This document shows, in pieces, positions 37,188-48,700 of a stretch of DNA of 64,000 nucleotides. The stretch is taken from contig CAISRB010000032.1 in the NCBI GenBank assembly GCA_903887775.1, forward strand, positions 24,853-88,852, read 5' to 3'. This stretch comes from an uncultured Bacteroidales bacterium (lineage in GTDB: Bacteria > Bacteroidota > Bacteroidia > Bacteroidales > FEN-979). Position numbers and translations under genes: made by a program. The notes beneath the pieces were generated by a model. That model ran no database searches. It was not told the DNA's origin and saw only the letters and a list, made by a program, of their open reading frames with translations. How positions within the stretch are numbered: position 1 is the first letter of the stretch; each line of letters begins with the position of its first letter.

Positions 37188-40100
37188 ATGAATTTAACCC
37201 GGTTCTTAATCTTGAAACGATTTCACTTTCTCTTTTTACTGTTTCTTCTCCCCTTTCTGCTGCCCGCTCAAAGTAATACCGATTTCTGGTTCGCAGCACC
37301 GGAGATAACTTCCGGCCATGGCGACCAGCCTATTTATTTTCGGCTGACCTCTTTCAGCCAGACTGCAAATGTAACGATTTCGGAGCCGGCAAACACAATG
37401 GCGAATTTTCCTCCGATAATGGTTACAATACTTGCAAATTCGACATTTACAGTCGACCTGACCTCCCGGAAGAGCAAGGTCGAATGTACGCCTCCGAACA
37501 CAACCCTGAATCTTGGATTATTAATTCACTCCACTGTACCAATCACCGCTTATTACGAGGAAGCTCATATGAACAACCCTGAAATTTTTACATTGAAGGG
37601 TAAAAATGCGATGGGGACTTCTTTTTTCATACCCTCCCAGAATGTAATGGATAACTATCCCGACTTAACCCCTCCTGCATACAATTCATTTGATATTATT
37701 GCAACTGAGGATAATACTACGATAACAATTACTCCCAGGAAAGCGATTGTAGGGCATGCTGCCGGAGTTCCATTCACGATAACCCTGAATAAGGGCCAGG
37801 TATACAGCGCTCAGGCCACAAGCCAGCTTGGCGCCAATCATCTCCAGGGATCTAAAGTCACTTCCGACAAAGCTGTATGTATTACCGTTAAAGACGATTC
37901 GGACAGATATCCGGGACAGGGATGCTGGGACCTTACAGGCGATCAGATTGTACCCGTGAATATTGTTGGTCAGGAATATATCGTGGTGAGGGGCTATACG
38001 AACAGTACAATGAATGACTGGGCGTTTATCACTGCCACCGTTGATAATACCGTCGTTAATGTAGGAGGGTCTCCGTATGCAATTCTGAATGCTGGAGAAA
38101 CATACAGATATGCGCTGAACTCCACTGATCTGTCGTCATATATTGAGACGACCCATCCGGCGTATGTTTGGCATCTCACTGGTTATGGTTGTGAAACAGG
38201 TACAGCTCTCCTTCCTCCGATGGATTGTACAGGTTCATCCCAGGTTGCCTTTACGCGCACAACACAGTATGCATTCGAGCTCATCATTCTTACCAGAGAG
38301 GGAGCCCAGGGTTCCTTCACTCTTGACGGGAGCTCCACTAAGGTGACAGCCTCAATGTTTTCACCGGTTGCCGGCAACCCGGCTTTCGTTTATGCTAGGA
38401 TTGAATTTCCGGTTGGCAACCTCTCTGTTGGGGCACATATCCTTTCGAATTCCCAGGATATTTTTCATATGGGGGTTATTCATACTTATGATGCCAGCCA
38501 GCTGGGTTGTTCCTATGGGTACTTTTCCGATTTCGCCAGCCTTAACCTGGGGTCCGACAAAACAGTATGTCCGGGCACTTCCGTCACTTTCGATGCAGGG
38601 CCAAACCGGCAAAGCTATGACTGGTTCTTTAACGGCAATCCTTATGCATCCGGAGTTCAAACAATTACTGTAAGCAACCCGGGTGTTTATTCTGTTACTG
38701 TGAATGACCACGGATGTATTTTATCCGACCAGGTCCAGCTTTTTAATTATCCCAACCCCAGCCCTGTCATTATAGGAGTAACGGATTTCTGCATGGGGGC
38801 TTCGGAGCAGCTCAGCGTCAGCGGCACATACAGTTCTTATCTGTGGACTACCGGGGAAACTACTCAATCTATCACAGTCAGCGCCAGCGGCACCTATGGA
38901 GTCACTGTTACTAATATTTCAGGGTGCCATGGATCTGCTTCCGTGGTTGTAACAGTGCATCCCCTGCCAACTGTGACATTGGCCCAGCCTGCATCTGCCT
39001 GCATCAATATGACTCCATATGCACTTACCGGTGGCAGCCCCCCGGGAGGGGTTTATTCAGGGCCGGGGGTAACTTCTTCAACAGGCATTTTCAGTCCTTC
39101 TGTGGCAGGTTTGGGAGACCATGTAATAACATATACCTATGCGTCAGCAGAAGGCTGTTCGAATTCGGATTCCAAAACACTTACCGTTTATCCCCTGCCT
39201 GCGGTTCAGCTTTCAGCCCAGGCTCCCGTCTGTATTTCAGCTTCCCCTTATGCCTTAAGCGGCGGTACACCATCAGGAGGTACTTACTCCGGCCCCGGGG
39301 TCACTTCCTCAACCGGAATTTTCAGTCCTTCAGTTGCCGGTCCGGGCGATCATACGATAACCTATTCTTATACTTCAGCTGAAGGCTGTAGCAGCTCAGC
39401 TTCAAAAACCCTCACCGTTTACTCTCTTCCCGCAGTTCAGCTGGCTGCTCAGCCTTCAGTCTGCATATCGGCCTCACCTTTTCATTTAACAGGAGGGACC
39501 CCGGCAGGAGGTGTTTATTCCGGCGCCGGGGTTAATTCATCTACAGGTATTTTCAGTCCTTCTATTGCAGGTGCAGGGGATCATACTATAACCTATACTT
39601 ACACTGATGCGAACACCTGTGTCAACTCAGCATCTAAAATTCTTACTGTTTACGCCCTTCCTGTGGTGCAGCTGGCAGCTCAACCATCAGTTTGCATCTC
39701 GGCGCCGCCTTTTCTTTTAACAGGCGGGACTCCCTCAGGAGGGGTTTATTCCGGCTCCGGGGTCAATTCATCCACCGGTATTTTCAGTCCTTCTGTTGCC
39801 GGCCTGGGGGATCACACAATCACCTATACTTACACCTCAGCTGCAGGTTGTACCAATTCAGACTATAAAGTTCTCACAGTCAACCCTCTTCCTGTTGTAC
39901 AGCTCTCGCCCCAGCCTGCCGTCTGTATCTCTGTCCCGCCTTATGCCTTAAGCGGGGGAACGCCGGCAGGAGGTACATATTCCGGTTCCGGGGTGAATTC
40001 CTCAACCGGTATATTCAGCCCTTCTGTGGCAGGTACAGGAGATCATATTATAACCTATTCTTTTACCACAGCCGCTGGGTGTACCAGCTCAGCTTCGAAA

Positions 40101-41942
40101 ACACTTACCGTTTATCCGCTTCCTTCGGTTCAGCTCTCTGCACAGGCTGCTGTTTGCATCTCGGTCCTGCCTTATGCCTTAAGCGGTGGTACGCCTGCAG
40201 GAGGTACATATTCCGGGCCAGGGGTCAATCCATCAACCGGCATTTTCACCCCTTCTCTGGCAGGTCCGGGAGATCATGTAATAACCTATACATACACCAA
40301 CGCCAACTATTGTACCAACTCAGCTTCTAAAACTCTTACCGTGTACTCCCTTCCCGTGGTTCAGCTGGCCGATCAGGCAGCCGTCTGCATTTCAGCTCCT
40401 CCTTTTACCTTAAGCGGTGGCGCCCCTGCAGGAGGGTCATATTCAGGTCCCGGTGTGGATCCGGCTACCAGTGTTTTCGATCCTTCTTCAGGGCCGGGAG
40501 ATCACCTGATCACCTATACCTATACCGATGCCAATGGTTGTACCAACACAGCTGCTAAAATACTTACCGTCAACTCCCTTCCGGTAGTACAGTTTCCTCT
40601 GCAGGCGGCAGTTTGTATTACTGCCCCGCCTTTTGCCCTGGCAGGGGTCACACCTGCAGGAGGGACATATTCAGGGACCGGGGTCGATCCGTTAACTGGG
40701 ATATTTGACCCTGCCTCAGGGGAAGGAGTTCATTTATTAACTTATACATACACCGATGCGAATTTTTGTACGAACATGGCTTCATCGAGCATCAGCGTGA
40801 TCCCCCTGCCGTTACCAACAGGGACTATCACCGGGCCAAATACGGTTTGTGAAGCAACACAGAATATTTCTTACATCCTGAGCGGCGCCGACCCGCTTGC
40901 CACAACCTTCAACTGGGAGATCAGCCCTCTCGCTGCAGGAACTATCAGCGGAACAGATGCATCCCCGGCAGTATCTTTAAATATCGGGTATTCGGGCAGC
41001 ATCATTATTAGGTTTCAGCCTGTAAGCAATTGCGGGGCAGGGAACTTCTCATCTTATACCAGCATTACAGTCAACCCAAATCCTTACGTCATGTTGCAGT
41101 CCTGTAATGACCCGGTTACAAGCAGAGGCGCACAACCCTTCCTGCTGAAAGGCGGAGTTCCCCCCGATGGTATTTATGCCGTTGACGGGAATGTTCTGAC
41201 TTCACCTTCCATTCTTGATCCTTCAACCCTGAGCCCAAGTCCACCCGATCATACCATTACATATACTTATACCAACCGTTTTGGCTGTGCTGTAACCCAA
41301 TCCCAGTCCCTGAAGGTCAAGAGTGCCTCCGGATTTATTTGTAAGAACATTCTAACCGATATACGCGACGGGAAAACGTATCCTACTTTTGAAGTAGTGA
41401 CAGGAACCACTCACCGCTGCTGGATGTCGGCAAATCTGAATTACGGCAGCTTTATCCGGGGCAATGCAGCACAAACCGATAACTGCAGCATCGAGAAGTA
41501 CTGCGAAGGGGATGATGCCGCAAAATGCAACGAATCAGGCGCTCTTTACCAATGGGATGAACTCATGAATTACGCATCTGCCGATATTGTATCTGCGGAA
41601 GGGAAACAGGGCTTATGCCCACCCGAATGGCATGTCGCGACGGAGGCGGAATGGATGATGCTGGAGAATTATTACCTGGGACCCGGGCTTGCCGGATGGA
41701 CTCTTTTGGACCCTAATCCATCGTATGGTTTTTATGCTGAGAACAAAGGGATTTATTACCAGAATCTCATCTGGGCTTTTTTACCCCCGGGGTTTTCAGC
41801 CACCTTATTCTGGACCTCGACCCCGAACCCGTCAGACAATACAAAAATACTCAGTCACGGTTTGAATGATATTAACCCCAGTGTGTCAAAATATTTCTCA
41901 ACGCGGGGCAACGCTTTGCCGGTTCGCTGTGTCAAGGATTAA
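37188..41942 (+). CDS. giant secreted protein: IgGFc-binding-like head, 8 tandem Ig-like repeats, PKD-like module, adaptor, C-terminal FISUMP domain
   Basis: 1584 aa with signal peptide MNLTRFLILKRFHFLFLLFLLPFLLPA. The head begins TDFWFAAPE. Eight 76-77-aa repeats follow, then a C-terminal DIRDGKTYPTFEVV..CWMSANLNYG...GALYQWDE...GLCPPEWHVATEAEW...LPVRCVKD (FISUMP pattern). There is no T9SS tail. Confidence 0.85.
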   Translation: MNLTRFLILKRFHFLFLLFLLPFLLPAQSNTDFWFAAPEITSGHGDQPIYFRLTSFSQTANVTISEPANTMANFPPIMVTILANSTFTVDLTSRKSKVECTPPNTTLNLGLLIHSTVPITAYYEEAHMNNPEIFTLKGKNAMGTSFFIPSQNVMDNYPDLTPPAYNSFDIIATEDNTTITITPRKAIVGHAAGVPFTITLNKGQVYSAQATSQLGANHLQGSKVTSDKAVCITVKDDSDRYPGQGCWDLTGDQIVPVNIVGQEYIVVRGYTNSTMNDWAFITATVDNTVVNVGGSPYAILNAGETYRYALNSTDLSSYIETTHPAYVWHLTGYGCETGTALLPPMDCTGSSQVAFTRTTQYAFELIILTREGAQGSFTLDGSSTKVTASMFSPVAGNPAFVYARIEFPVGNLSVGAHILSNSQDIFHMGVIHTYDASQLGCSYGYFSDFASLNLGSDKTVCPGTSVTFDAGPNRQSYDWFFNGNPYASGVQTITVSNPGVYSVTVNDHGCILSDQVQLFNYPNPSPVIIGVTDFCMGASEQLSVSGTYSSYLWTTGETTQSITVSASGTYGVTVTNISGCHGSASVVVTVHPLPTVTLAQPASACINMTPYALTGGSPPGGVYSGPGVTSSTGIFSPSVAGLGDHVITYTYASAEGCSNSDSKTLTVYPLPAVQLSAQAPVCISASPYALSGGTPSGGTYSGPGVTSSTGIFSPSVAGPGDHTITYSYTSAEGCSSSASKTLTVYSLPAVQLAAQPSVCISASPFHLTGGTPAGGVYSGAGVNSSTGIFSPSIAGAGDHTITYTYTDANTCVNSASKILTVYALPVVQLAAQPSVCISAPPFLLTGGTPSGGVYSGSGVNSSTGIFSPSVAGLGDHTITYTYTSAAGCTNSDYKVLTVNPLPVVQLSPQPAVCISVPPYALSGGTPAGGTYSGSGVNSSTGIFSPSVAGTGDHIITYSFTTAAGCTSSASKTLTVYPLPSVQLSAQAAVCISVLPYALSGGTPAGGTYSGPGVNPSTGIFTPSLAGPGDHVITYTYTNANYCTNSASKTLTVYSLPVVQLADQAAVCISAPPFTLSGGAPAGGSYSGPGVDPATSVFDPSSGPGDHLITYTYTDANGCTNTAAKILTVNSLPVVQFPLQAAVCITAPPFALAGVTPAGGTYSGTGVDPLTGIFDPASGEGVHLLTYTYTDANFCTNMASSSISVIPLPLPTGTITGPNTVCEATQNISYILSGADPLATTFNWEISPLAAGTISGTDASPAVSLNIGYSGSIIIRFQPVSNCGAGNFSSYTSITVNPNPYVMLQSCNDPVTSRGAQPFLLKGGVPPDGIYAVDGNVLTSPSILDPSTLSPSPPDHTITYTYTNRFGCAVTQSQSLKVKSASGFICKNILTDIRDGKTYPTFEVVTGTTHRCWMSANLNYGSFIRGNAAQTDNCSIEKYCEGDDAAKCNESGALYQWDELMNYASADIVSAEGKQGLCPPEWHVATEAEWMMLENYYLGPGLAGWTLLDPNPSYGFYAENKGIYYQNLIWAFLPPGFSATLFWTSTPNPSDNTKILSHGLNDINPSVSKYFSTRGNALPVRCVKD
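38958..40799 (+). repeat. in-frame tandem coding repeat, 8 units (6 x 231 bp + 2 x 228 bp)
   Basis: Unit starts are 38958, 39189, 39420, 39651, 39882, 40113, 40344 and 40572. The consensus is (Y)xLPxVQLxxQxxVCISxxP(Y/F)xLxGGTPxGGxYSGxGVxSSTGIFSPSVAGxGDHxITYxYTxAxGCxxSxSKxLTV. Long identical DNA stretches occur between units. Confidence 0.92.
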
Positions 41943-41953
41943 GCATTTAGTTG

Positions 41954-41961
41954 TACTTTTG
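41954..41961 (+). promoter_or_regulatory. candidate -7 box (TACTTTTG) upstream of the second giant gene
   Basis: It matches TAnnTTTG and lies 80 nt upstream of ATG 42041. I see no clear -33 TTTG. Confidence 0.25.
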
Positions 41962-42040
41962 TCATGACTGTTTTTTTAAATAATCCGTTTGTTAGGGTAA
42001 AACTTCTTATTATGTTAACAAACGCCTTAAGAATTAATTG

Positions 42041-45000
42041 ATGTTTTATTCCGGCATCTATTTAACTTTTCCCGATATCACCAGGAGAATTATTATTCTC
42101 AGCCTGATATTTTTACTATCGGTCTGCCCTTTTGATGTATTCCCTGAGGGATCAAAGGAAGTTTATATAGGTACTCAAAGTGTTACATTCTATTTATGCA
42201 ACGATTTTACTAACAAATGCAATCCTCCCACTAATCCTCAAGGCGATCGATGTCAGTTTGCAATTTATGGTTGCAGCCGAAGTGAGCGTTTGTATTTTAT
42301 TACAACCTCTCCTAATGAGACTGTTTATCTTGGATTTAATAGTCCCACATCCGGAACAGGTGGCAACCAGCAACACACTGTATGGAGGATCAAGGATCAT
42401 AACGACAATATAGTATATCCTCCCGGAGGAGGTGAACTTACTGCGGCTTCATCAGGCAGGGGTTTTATTTCATCAATAAGCAATGCAAGGATAGGCCCCA
42501 CAGAGATACCGGGCAATACCGGCGGATATGAAGGCGCAGATTTCCATCCTGCTGCCGCTGACACTTTTTACATCGAATTCAACCGTAAGAATTCCTCAGG
42601 GAATGTAGTTACTACCAATTTCAATATGGACTTGATTGATATTACGGTCTATGACTCAGTTGCCGCACAAGTCAAAACAGGCAGACTTTTTTGCAAAGCC
42701 TGGCAGTTTCAGGTAAACAACACTGCAGGCCAAGGTTATTCCGGGACCAATTACATTTATTCCACTGACAGCATCATTACATCCGCAGCGTTTAGCTCAT
42801 TGCAAGGAGGAGTGTGGATTCAGTTTTGCAACCACAATGGTTGCGCCAATACAGGCAACTTCACAAATGACAGGAAATCAATCCCGAACCAGCAGGCTTT
42901 TTTTCCGGAATATCGGGTTTTTCTTAATTCTCCTGATCAGACACTATTTCCTCCTGCTAAAGTTCTTGGATCTATTATTGGAACTCCTACCTACCAAAGG
43001 AATTGTTCCAATGGCAGTGTAGACTTTAATGTTACAGTTGATAAAGCGGCCAGTGTAGAAATAATTCTTAGTTTTGGTGCCCCGTACACAAATGACACCA
43101 TTGCAACCACTGTGATTGTCGGTTCTAATACGATCACATGGGATGGTTTAGATGGCAGTTCTCCTACGAGGCTGCCTGTTCCGAACAACAGATCAATTAC
43201 ATTTACTGTTAATTATATCAATGGGTTGACAAACCTCCCCCTGTATGATGTTGAAACTAATTCAAATGGTTTTACTATTGGATTGGTAAGTCCTGCAACA
43301 ACAATTCCTAAAGTTTATTGGGATGACCGAAAAATCAACAATGGGACTGCAAATTTGAATGGTTGCCAAAGTCCTCCCGGTTGTCATAGTTGGGTGAATA
43401 GCTGGGGAGATCACCATACAATAAATACATGGTGGTATACCGTTTCAAGCCCTACATCTCCGGCCACTTTTGTCGAATTCAGGAATCCTCAACTGATAAC
43501 TTTTCAAACTACCCCGATCAATGCCTGCAGCGGGGCAAACAATGTAACTGTTACTGTCGTTACAGAACCCAACACAGAAACTTACAATTGGGGATATACC
43601 GGTACCGGCGCCACATTTGTCCCTTCAGCTACCACGACTACTAATTCGGTTACTGTTAATTTTGCGCCAAATGCAACTTCTGGTAACATTACTGTTTACG
43701 GAACAAACACGAATTGTAACACTACGCCCGGCCCCACTTCAAGCCTGGCTGTTACCATTCTTCCCAACCCTGTTCCTGTGATCACCGGCCTTACATCCGT
43801 ATGCCTTAACAGTTCTGCCACTTATTCCACAGCTTCAGGAATGAGCAATTATATCTGGAATGTAACCGGGGGGACTAAAATTTCAGGAGGGACATCCACC
43901 GATAATACGGTTACCATTACCTGGAACACCTTAGGCACTCAGTCTGTTTCGGTGAGTTACACGAATGCGAACAATTGCACAGCAGTAGCGCCAACCGTTT
44001 ATAATGTTACCGTTCAGAATCTTCCCGTTCCGACTCTGAGCGGACCCACCAATGCCTGTATCAGTAATGTATCAGATTATACCACCCAGTCGGGTGCCAC
44101 TTCATACACCTGGGACCTGCAGCCATTAACCGGCCGGACTATTATTTCGGGCGGCGGGGCGAATGATGATCATATCCAGGTTCAATGGGACAATGCCGGA
44201 ACATATGTCATCAGTGTTAATTATACAGTAGGCACGGGATGCACTGCGCCTTCCCCCACAACCTATAACGTTGTCGTCAACCCTTCACCAAGCCCGGTGA
44301 TCTCAGCTGTACCTGCATCAGCTTCCCCTTGCGGAAACACCCAGGTGACTTACTCAGTGGGAGCTGCTCTGCCAAACCATGCCTATTTATGGACCATCAG
44401 CGGCGGAACCCCGGCTTCCGGCAACGGTTCAGGTATTGTCGTGACCTGGGGAAACACGAATCCGGTCTCGGTGGATGTCGTGGAAAGCATCACCTATGCT
44501 CCCGGAGTGGTTTGTTCGGCTCATGCCCCTGCCTTCCCCGTTACACTGAATCTAATCCCCGATGCAGCCGGAACGATTTCAGGCCCGTCCGCAGTTTGCC
44601 AGGGCCTTACAAAGACATTTTCGGTGAACACCATAAACAATGCCGACAGTTATACCTGGTGGTATACTCCTTCAACCGATGTAACGTATGTCAACAATGG
44701 GAATAATGCTGATTTCACCTTTGGGCTTTCATCTGCAAGCGGAAACCTCTTTGTCCAGGGGAACAAGTCCGGTTGTGCTTCAGGGTCAGCTTCACCGGCT
44801 TATGCCATCACAATTCATAATCCTCCGACTGTAACATTAACAGGCTGTAATGACCCGGCCACTACAACCACTTCAAGATCCTTTGCCTTACAGGGAGGTC
44901 TGCCACCGGGTACAGGAGGGCAGTACTTCATCGATGGAGTAGCGACTGCCAGTGGCATATTCGACCCTTCGGCTCTTTCTCCGATGCCTCATCAGATCAC

Positions 45001-45676
45001 CTATAAGTTTACCGATTTTAACAGCTGTTCGAACACATCATCTCAATTTACGATAAATGTGATCACAGGCAGCTCCGCTGGAAGCTGCCCTCTGTCCTTT
45101 ACTGACCCCAGGGATTCCCGCAGCTATAGTGCATTCATTTTAGGCAGTCGTTGCTGGATGCTCTCCAATCTCAATTACGGCGCAAAAATGGCTTCAGATC
45201 TTCAGTCTCAAAGCGATAACTGTATCTCTGAGAAATACTGCCCCGCTGCCGATGCAAGCTGTTCAAACTACGGAGGACTTTACCAATGGGACGAACTGAT
45301 ACAGTACCAGGTTCCTTCTTCTGTTTCTGTGCAGGGGCTTTGTCCGCCCGAATGGCATATTCCCACCCAACTGGAATGGCAGGGTCTGATTGATGCTATT
45401 GCAGGCATGGCATACGGGGATGGAATTGCAGGCAGTTATCTAAAAGACCCTAATCAGAGCAATGGATTCCATGCGTTGCTCGATGGCATTTATTATCTTA
45501 ACAACACCTGGGCATTTACTTCGGGCAATCAACTTAATTCAACAATATTCTGGACATCAACAACGAGTGGAACCTCACGTGCAATAGCCAGAGGAATGAA
45601 TAATTACAACTACAGCGTGTCATTTTATCCTTCCTCCAGGGCAAATGCATTTCCTGTCAGATGCGTAAAAGACTGA
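42041..45676 (+). CDS. giant secreted protein: unknown roughly 430-aa head, PKD-like repeats, adaptor, C-terminal FISUMP domain
   Basis: About 1211 aa from ATG 42041 (the track start at 42038 is a TTG). It has a hydrophobic N-terminal signal/anchor, and the head begins EGSKEVYIGTQ. Several PKD-like modules follow (e.g. ITGLTSVCLNSSATYS...YIWNVTGG). The C-terminal DPRDSRSYSAFILGSRCWMLSNLNYG...GGLYQWDE...GLCPPEWHIPTQLEW...FPVRCVKD is the FISUMP pattern. Confidence 0.85.
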   Translation: MFYSGIYLTFPDITRRIIILSLIFLLSVCPFDVFPEGSKEVYIGTQSVTFYLCNDFTNKCNPPTNPQGDRCQFAIYGCSRSERLYFITTSPNETVYLGFNSPTSGTGGNQQHTVWRIKDHNDNIVYPPGGGELTAASSGRGFISSISNARIGPTEIPGNTGGYEGADFHPAAADTFYIEFNRKNSSGNVVTTNFNMDLIDITVYDSVAAQVKTGRLFCKAWQFQVNNTAGQGYSGTNYIYSTDSIITSAAFSSLQGGVWIQFCNHNGCANTGNFTNDRKSIPNQQAFFPEYRVFLNSPDQTLFPPAKVLGSIIGTPTYQRNCSNGSVDFNVTVDKAASVEIILSFGAPYTNDTIATTVIVGSNTITWDGLDGSSPTRLPVPNNRSITFTVNYINGLTNLPLYDVETNSNGFTIGLVSPATTIPKVYWDDRKINNGTANLNGCQSPPGCHSWVNSWGDHHTINTWWYTVSSPTSPATFVEFRNPQLITFQTTPINACSGANNVTVTVVTEPNTETYNWGYTGTGATFVPSATTTTNSVTVNFAPNATSGNITVYGTNTNCNTTPGPTSSLAVTILPNPVPVITGLTSVCLNSSATYSTASGMSNYIWNVTGGTKISGGTSTDNTVTITWNTLGTQSVSVSYTNANNCTAVAPTVYNVTVQNLPVPTLSGPTNACISNVSDYTTQSGATSYTWDLQPLTGRTIISGGGANDDHIQVQWDNAGTYVISVNYTVGTGCTAPSPTTYNVVVNPSPSPVISAVPASASPCGNTQVTYSVGAALPNHAYLWTISGGTPASGNGSGIVVTWGNTNPVSVDVVESITYAPGVVCSAHAPAFPVTLNLIPDAAGTISGPSAVCQGLTKTFSVNTINNADSYTWWYTPSTDVTYVNNGNNADFTFGLSSASGNLFVQGNKSGCASGSASPAYAITIHNPPTVTLTGCNDPATTTTSRSFALQGGLPPGTGGQYFIDGVATASGIFDPSALSPMPHQITYKFTDFNSCSNTSSQFTINVITGSSAGSCPLSFTDPRDSRSYSAFILGSRCWMLSNLNYGAKMASDLQSQSDNCISEKYCPAADASCSNYGGLYQWDELIQYQVPSSVSVQGLCPPEWHIPTQLEWQGLIDAIAGMAYGDGIAGSYLKDPNQSNGFHALLDGIYYLNNTWAFTSGNQLNSTIFWTSTTSGTSRAIARGMNNYNYSVSFYPSSRANAFPVRCVKD

Positions 45677-45725
45677 ACGGATCCCGGTTTCATAAAAGGT
45701 TGGTTCTGAAAAGACTTTGGGTTTG

Positions 45726-48700
45726 ATGAAAAAAGAGCAGTGCAATTTTGCATTTCTTTCGTTTACATTTTTTCTCTTTATTTTTTTGTTTTCCATTAAT
45801 CCGGAAGCTTTCAGCCGGACTATTGCTTACGATGTTCAGGCCTGGAATTCAAAAGTCCCCGTTAATGCCGGTACTGTTCTGTGTGCAGATGAGTCAATTG
45901 ACACTCTTCAGACAATAGTCAGGTTTGATCACGAAGAGAACGGGGTTTATTATTACCTCGTGAAATTATCCCAATTTCATTCTGAATTTGAAAGGCTTCA
46001 ATTTTACACACTGGCAGGTGAGCGGGGAATTTTTATTGCTGATAAGAATGAGTACCATGATGATGATGCTCTTTTTATAACAAAATTTGATGATGAACAG
46101 GCCCGGCTTGCATTCCGGGATATTTTACAACGTGAAAAAGAGGTTGATTTATCCACGAGCGATTCAGCCAAAATGAATTTTGTGAGATCATCTCCGTTTC
46201 ATTACCCTGCAGATTCTAAACAAACCAATGGGCCCGGCCCCCCGGGACCGGTCCCATGTGATGGTGCTAAGGTTGCATGTTCTGCAAATACTTATTCATT
46301 TCCTGCCGGTACAACCGGGTACGCCCCTGACCCTGACCCTGCTGGCTATCCGAATTATGGATGTCTTCAGAAATCTCCGGTACATTATGCTCCTGGCCCT
46401 GCATGGTATTTTATGCAGGTAGGAGTAGCAGGCAACATCGTCATAAATATATCGGCGTCATCGCCGATAGGTGCTACTATGGATGTTGATTTTGTTTGCT
46501 GGGGACCTTTCCCCAGCCTTACCGATGGATGTGGAAGCGGCCTGACCGGCACCTGCAACATTGCAGGGCAACCCAATTGCTGTAATAATAACGATTTACC
46601 AACCTGCAGTAATTTCTACCCAAGGGGGAACATTACTGATTGTAGTTACTCACCAAGTGCAACAGAAACATGCCATATATCAAATGCCCAGGTTGGGGAG
46701 ATGTATATTCTTCTCCTTTCAAACTTTAATGGAAATTCAGGAATAATAACATTCTCACAGACAGCTAGTAGCACAGGAGTAACGAATTGTAATATTGTCA
46801 GTAATTGTTCGATCATCGCAATCACATCCAATCCTACAGGCTGTGATCTGTTGACCAATACCTTTTCAGTTAACGGGAACATTGAATTCACTAATCCTTT
46901 GGCTACCGGCACTTTGACGATCACTGACAATACAGCGGTTCCACCGGTATCACAAACCTTTGTCCCTCCATTAACAAGCCCCCTGCCTTATAATCTTACG
47001 AATATCCCCTGCGATGGAGCAGTCCATTCCCTTACTGCCGTTTTCTCAGACAACTTAAGCTGTACCCTTACAAAGCAGTTTACATCTCCTGCACCAACCT
47101 GCCCACAGGCTCATATCAGCGGAGGGGGTTCCATTTGCAATGACGGAATACATCAGGCTACTGTTTCTGTTGATTTCCCGGTCGGAATGCCCCCATATAC
47201 TTTTATATATGCTATTAATGGAATCAGCCAGACTGCTATAACACATAACAGCAACACTCCTTATCAATTATCGACTACTGTTCCCGGTACCTATACCCTT
47301 GTTTCGGTTTCAAACCAGGTTTGTTCTTCCGGGTCAGTCTCCGGCAGCGCTACCGTTATTGTGAACCCAATTCCCAATGTCAGTACGTCAGTGCCATCAC
47401 CCGTTACCATATGTTCTGGAGCCACCGCACAGCTGGCCCTCTCCTCCACTGTCCCGGGTACCGAGACTGTTACAAGCTTCGCCTGGACAGCCTCAGGGAA
47501 TGCTTCCACAATTATTCCGGTCCCTTCAGGCATCTCCGGCAATGGAAATATAGTTCAAATGCTTAGCAATACGGGTAATGTTGTTGAACCGGTAGTGTTT
47601 CATATTATGCCAACCACAACAGCCGGCTGTTCTCCCGCTACACCAACCGACTTTATTTTCAATGTCAACCCCGTCCCTTCCGTTACTACCCTCACACAGG
47701 GAATTCCCTCAACAGAACAGAGCGTATGCAGCGGCAGTTCAACATGGCCCGTAAATCTTCAGACCAATGTTTCTGGACCGGCAGTAAGCTATAACTGGAC
47801 CAATACCTGTGATCCGGGAATCACAAATTGCCCTCCGGCATCAGGTAACAGCAATCCGATCCCGGTTTTTGCCCCGGTCAATCCCACAACCACGATACAG
47901 AACATTGTATATTCAATTGTAGCCTCGGTTAATGCCGGATCAGGAACATGCCCGGGCCCTCCTGCTTCATACACCGTTCATGCCAATCCACTGCCTGTTT
48001 CAAGCTTTACCGGCAGCACCACCGTTTGCCAGCTTCATCCTGACCCTTATCTCTATCCAGCCAATACAGGCCCTGCCTGTTCGTACACCTGGTCCATCTC
48101 TCCCGCTTCATCCGGTTCGATCGCCAATGCGAATGTTTCCCCTGCTTCCATCACCTGGAACAATCCGGGGACGGCTACCCTGAGGCTCGATGCCTACACC
48201 GGTATTGGTTGCACTTCTTTTAGTTCTTCAGGTATTACTATTAATCCCAAACCGGATGCATCCATGACATCATGCTCCGACCTGGCTACAAGCCGCAGTG
48301 CCAAACGGTTCCTCCTTAAAGGCGGCTTACCCGTGACGCCCACTCAGGGTGAATACCTGGTAACTCCTGCAAGCCCGGCCCTGGTCTTTGATGCCGGAAA
48401 CTATTACTTTGATCCAAGCCTGGTACCTGGTAATTCATCAGCTACATTTAACATTTCCTACAAATATACCTCTTCGCTGTTCGGATGTCCCGCCATTTCC
48501 CCCACTTCGATAGCTGTTTCGGTCCTTGGCGCCAATCCCCCATGCGGCACTTCGATGATTGATTATCGGGATAACACCACCTATCAAACGGCAGATTTTA
48601 ATGGAATATGCTGGATGACAGAGAACCTGAGGTATGGCGCCCCGATCGCCGCGGCGACCCCCCAATCCGACAATTGCATCACGGAAAAATACTGCGAATC

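Noticed and set aside
37156-37299. The 531-aa version of the aspartase-like ORF, starting at 37299.
   Set aside because: The extra 48 residues (MLRTRNRYYFERAAERGEE...) have no counterpart in aspartases and would overlap the signal-peptide region of the divergent giant gene. The internal MNKPNAG start aligns with aspartase N-termini.
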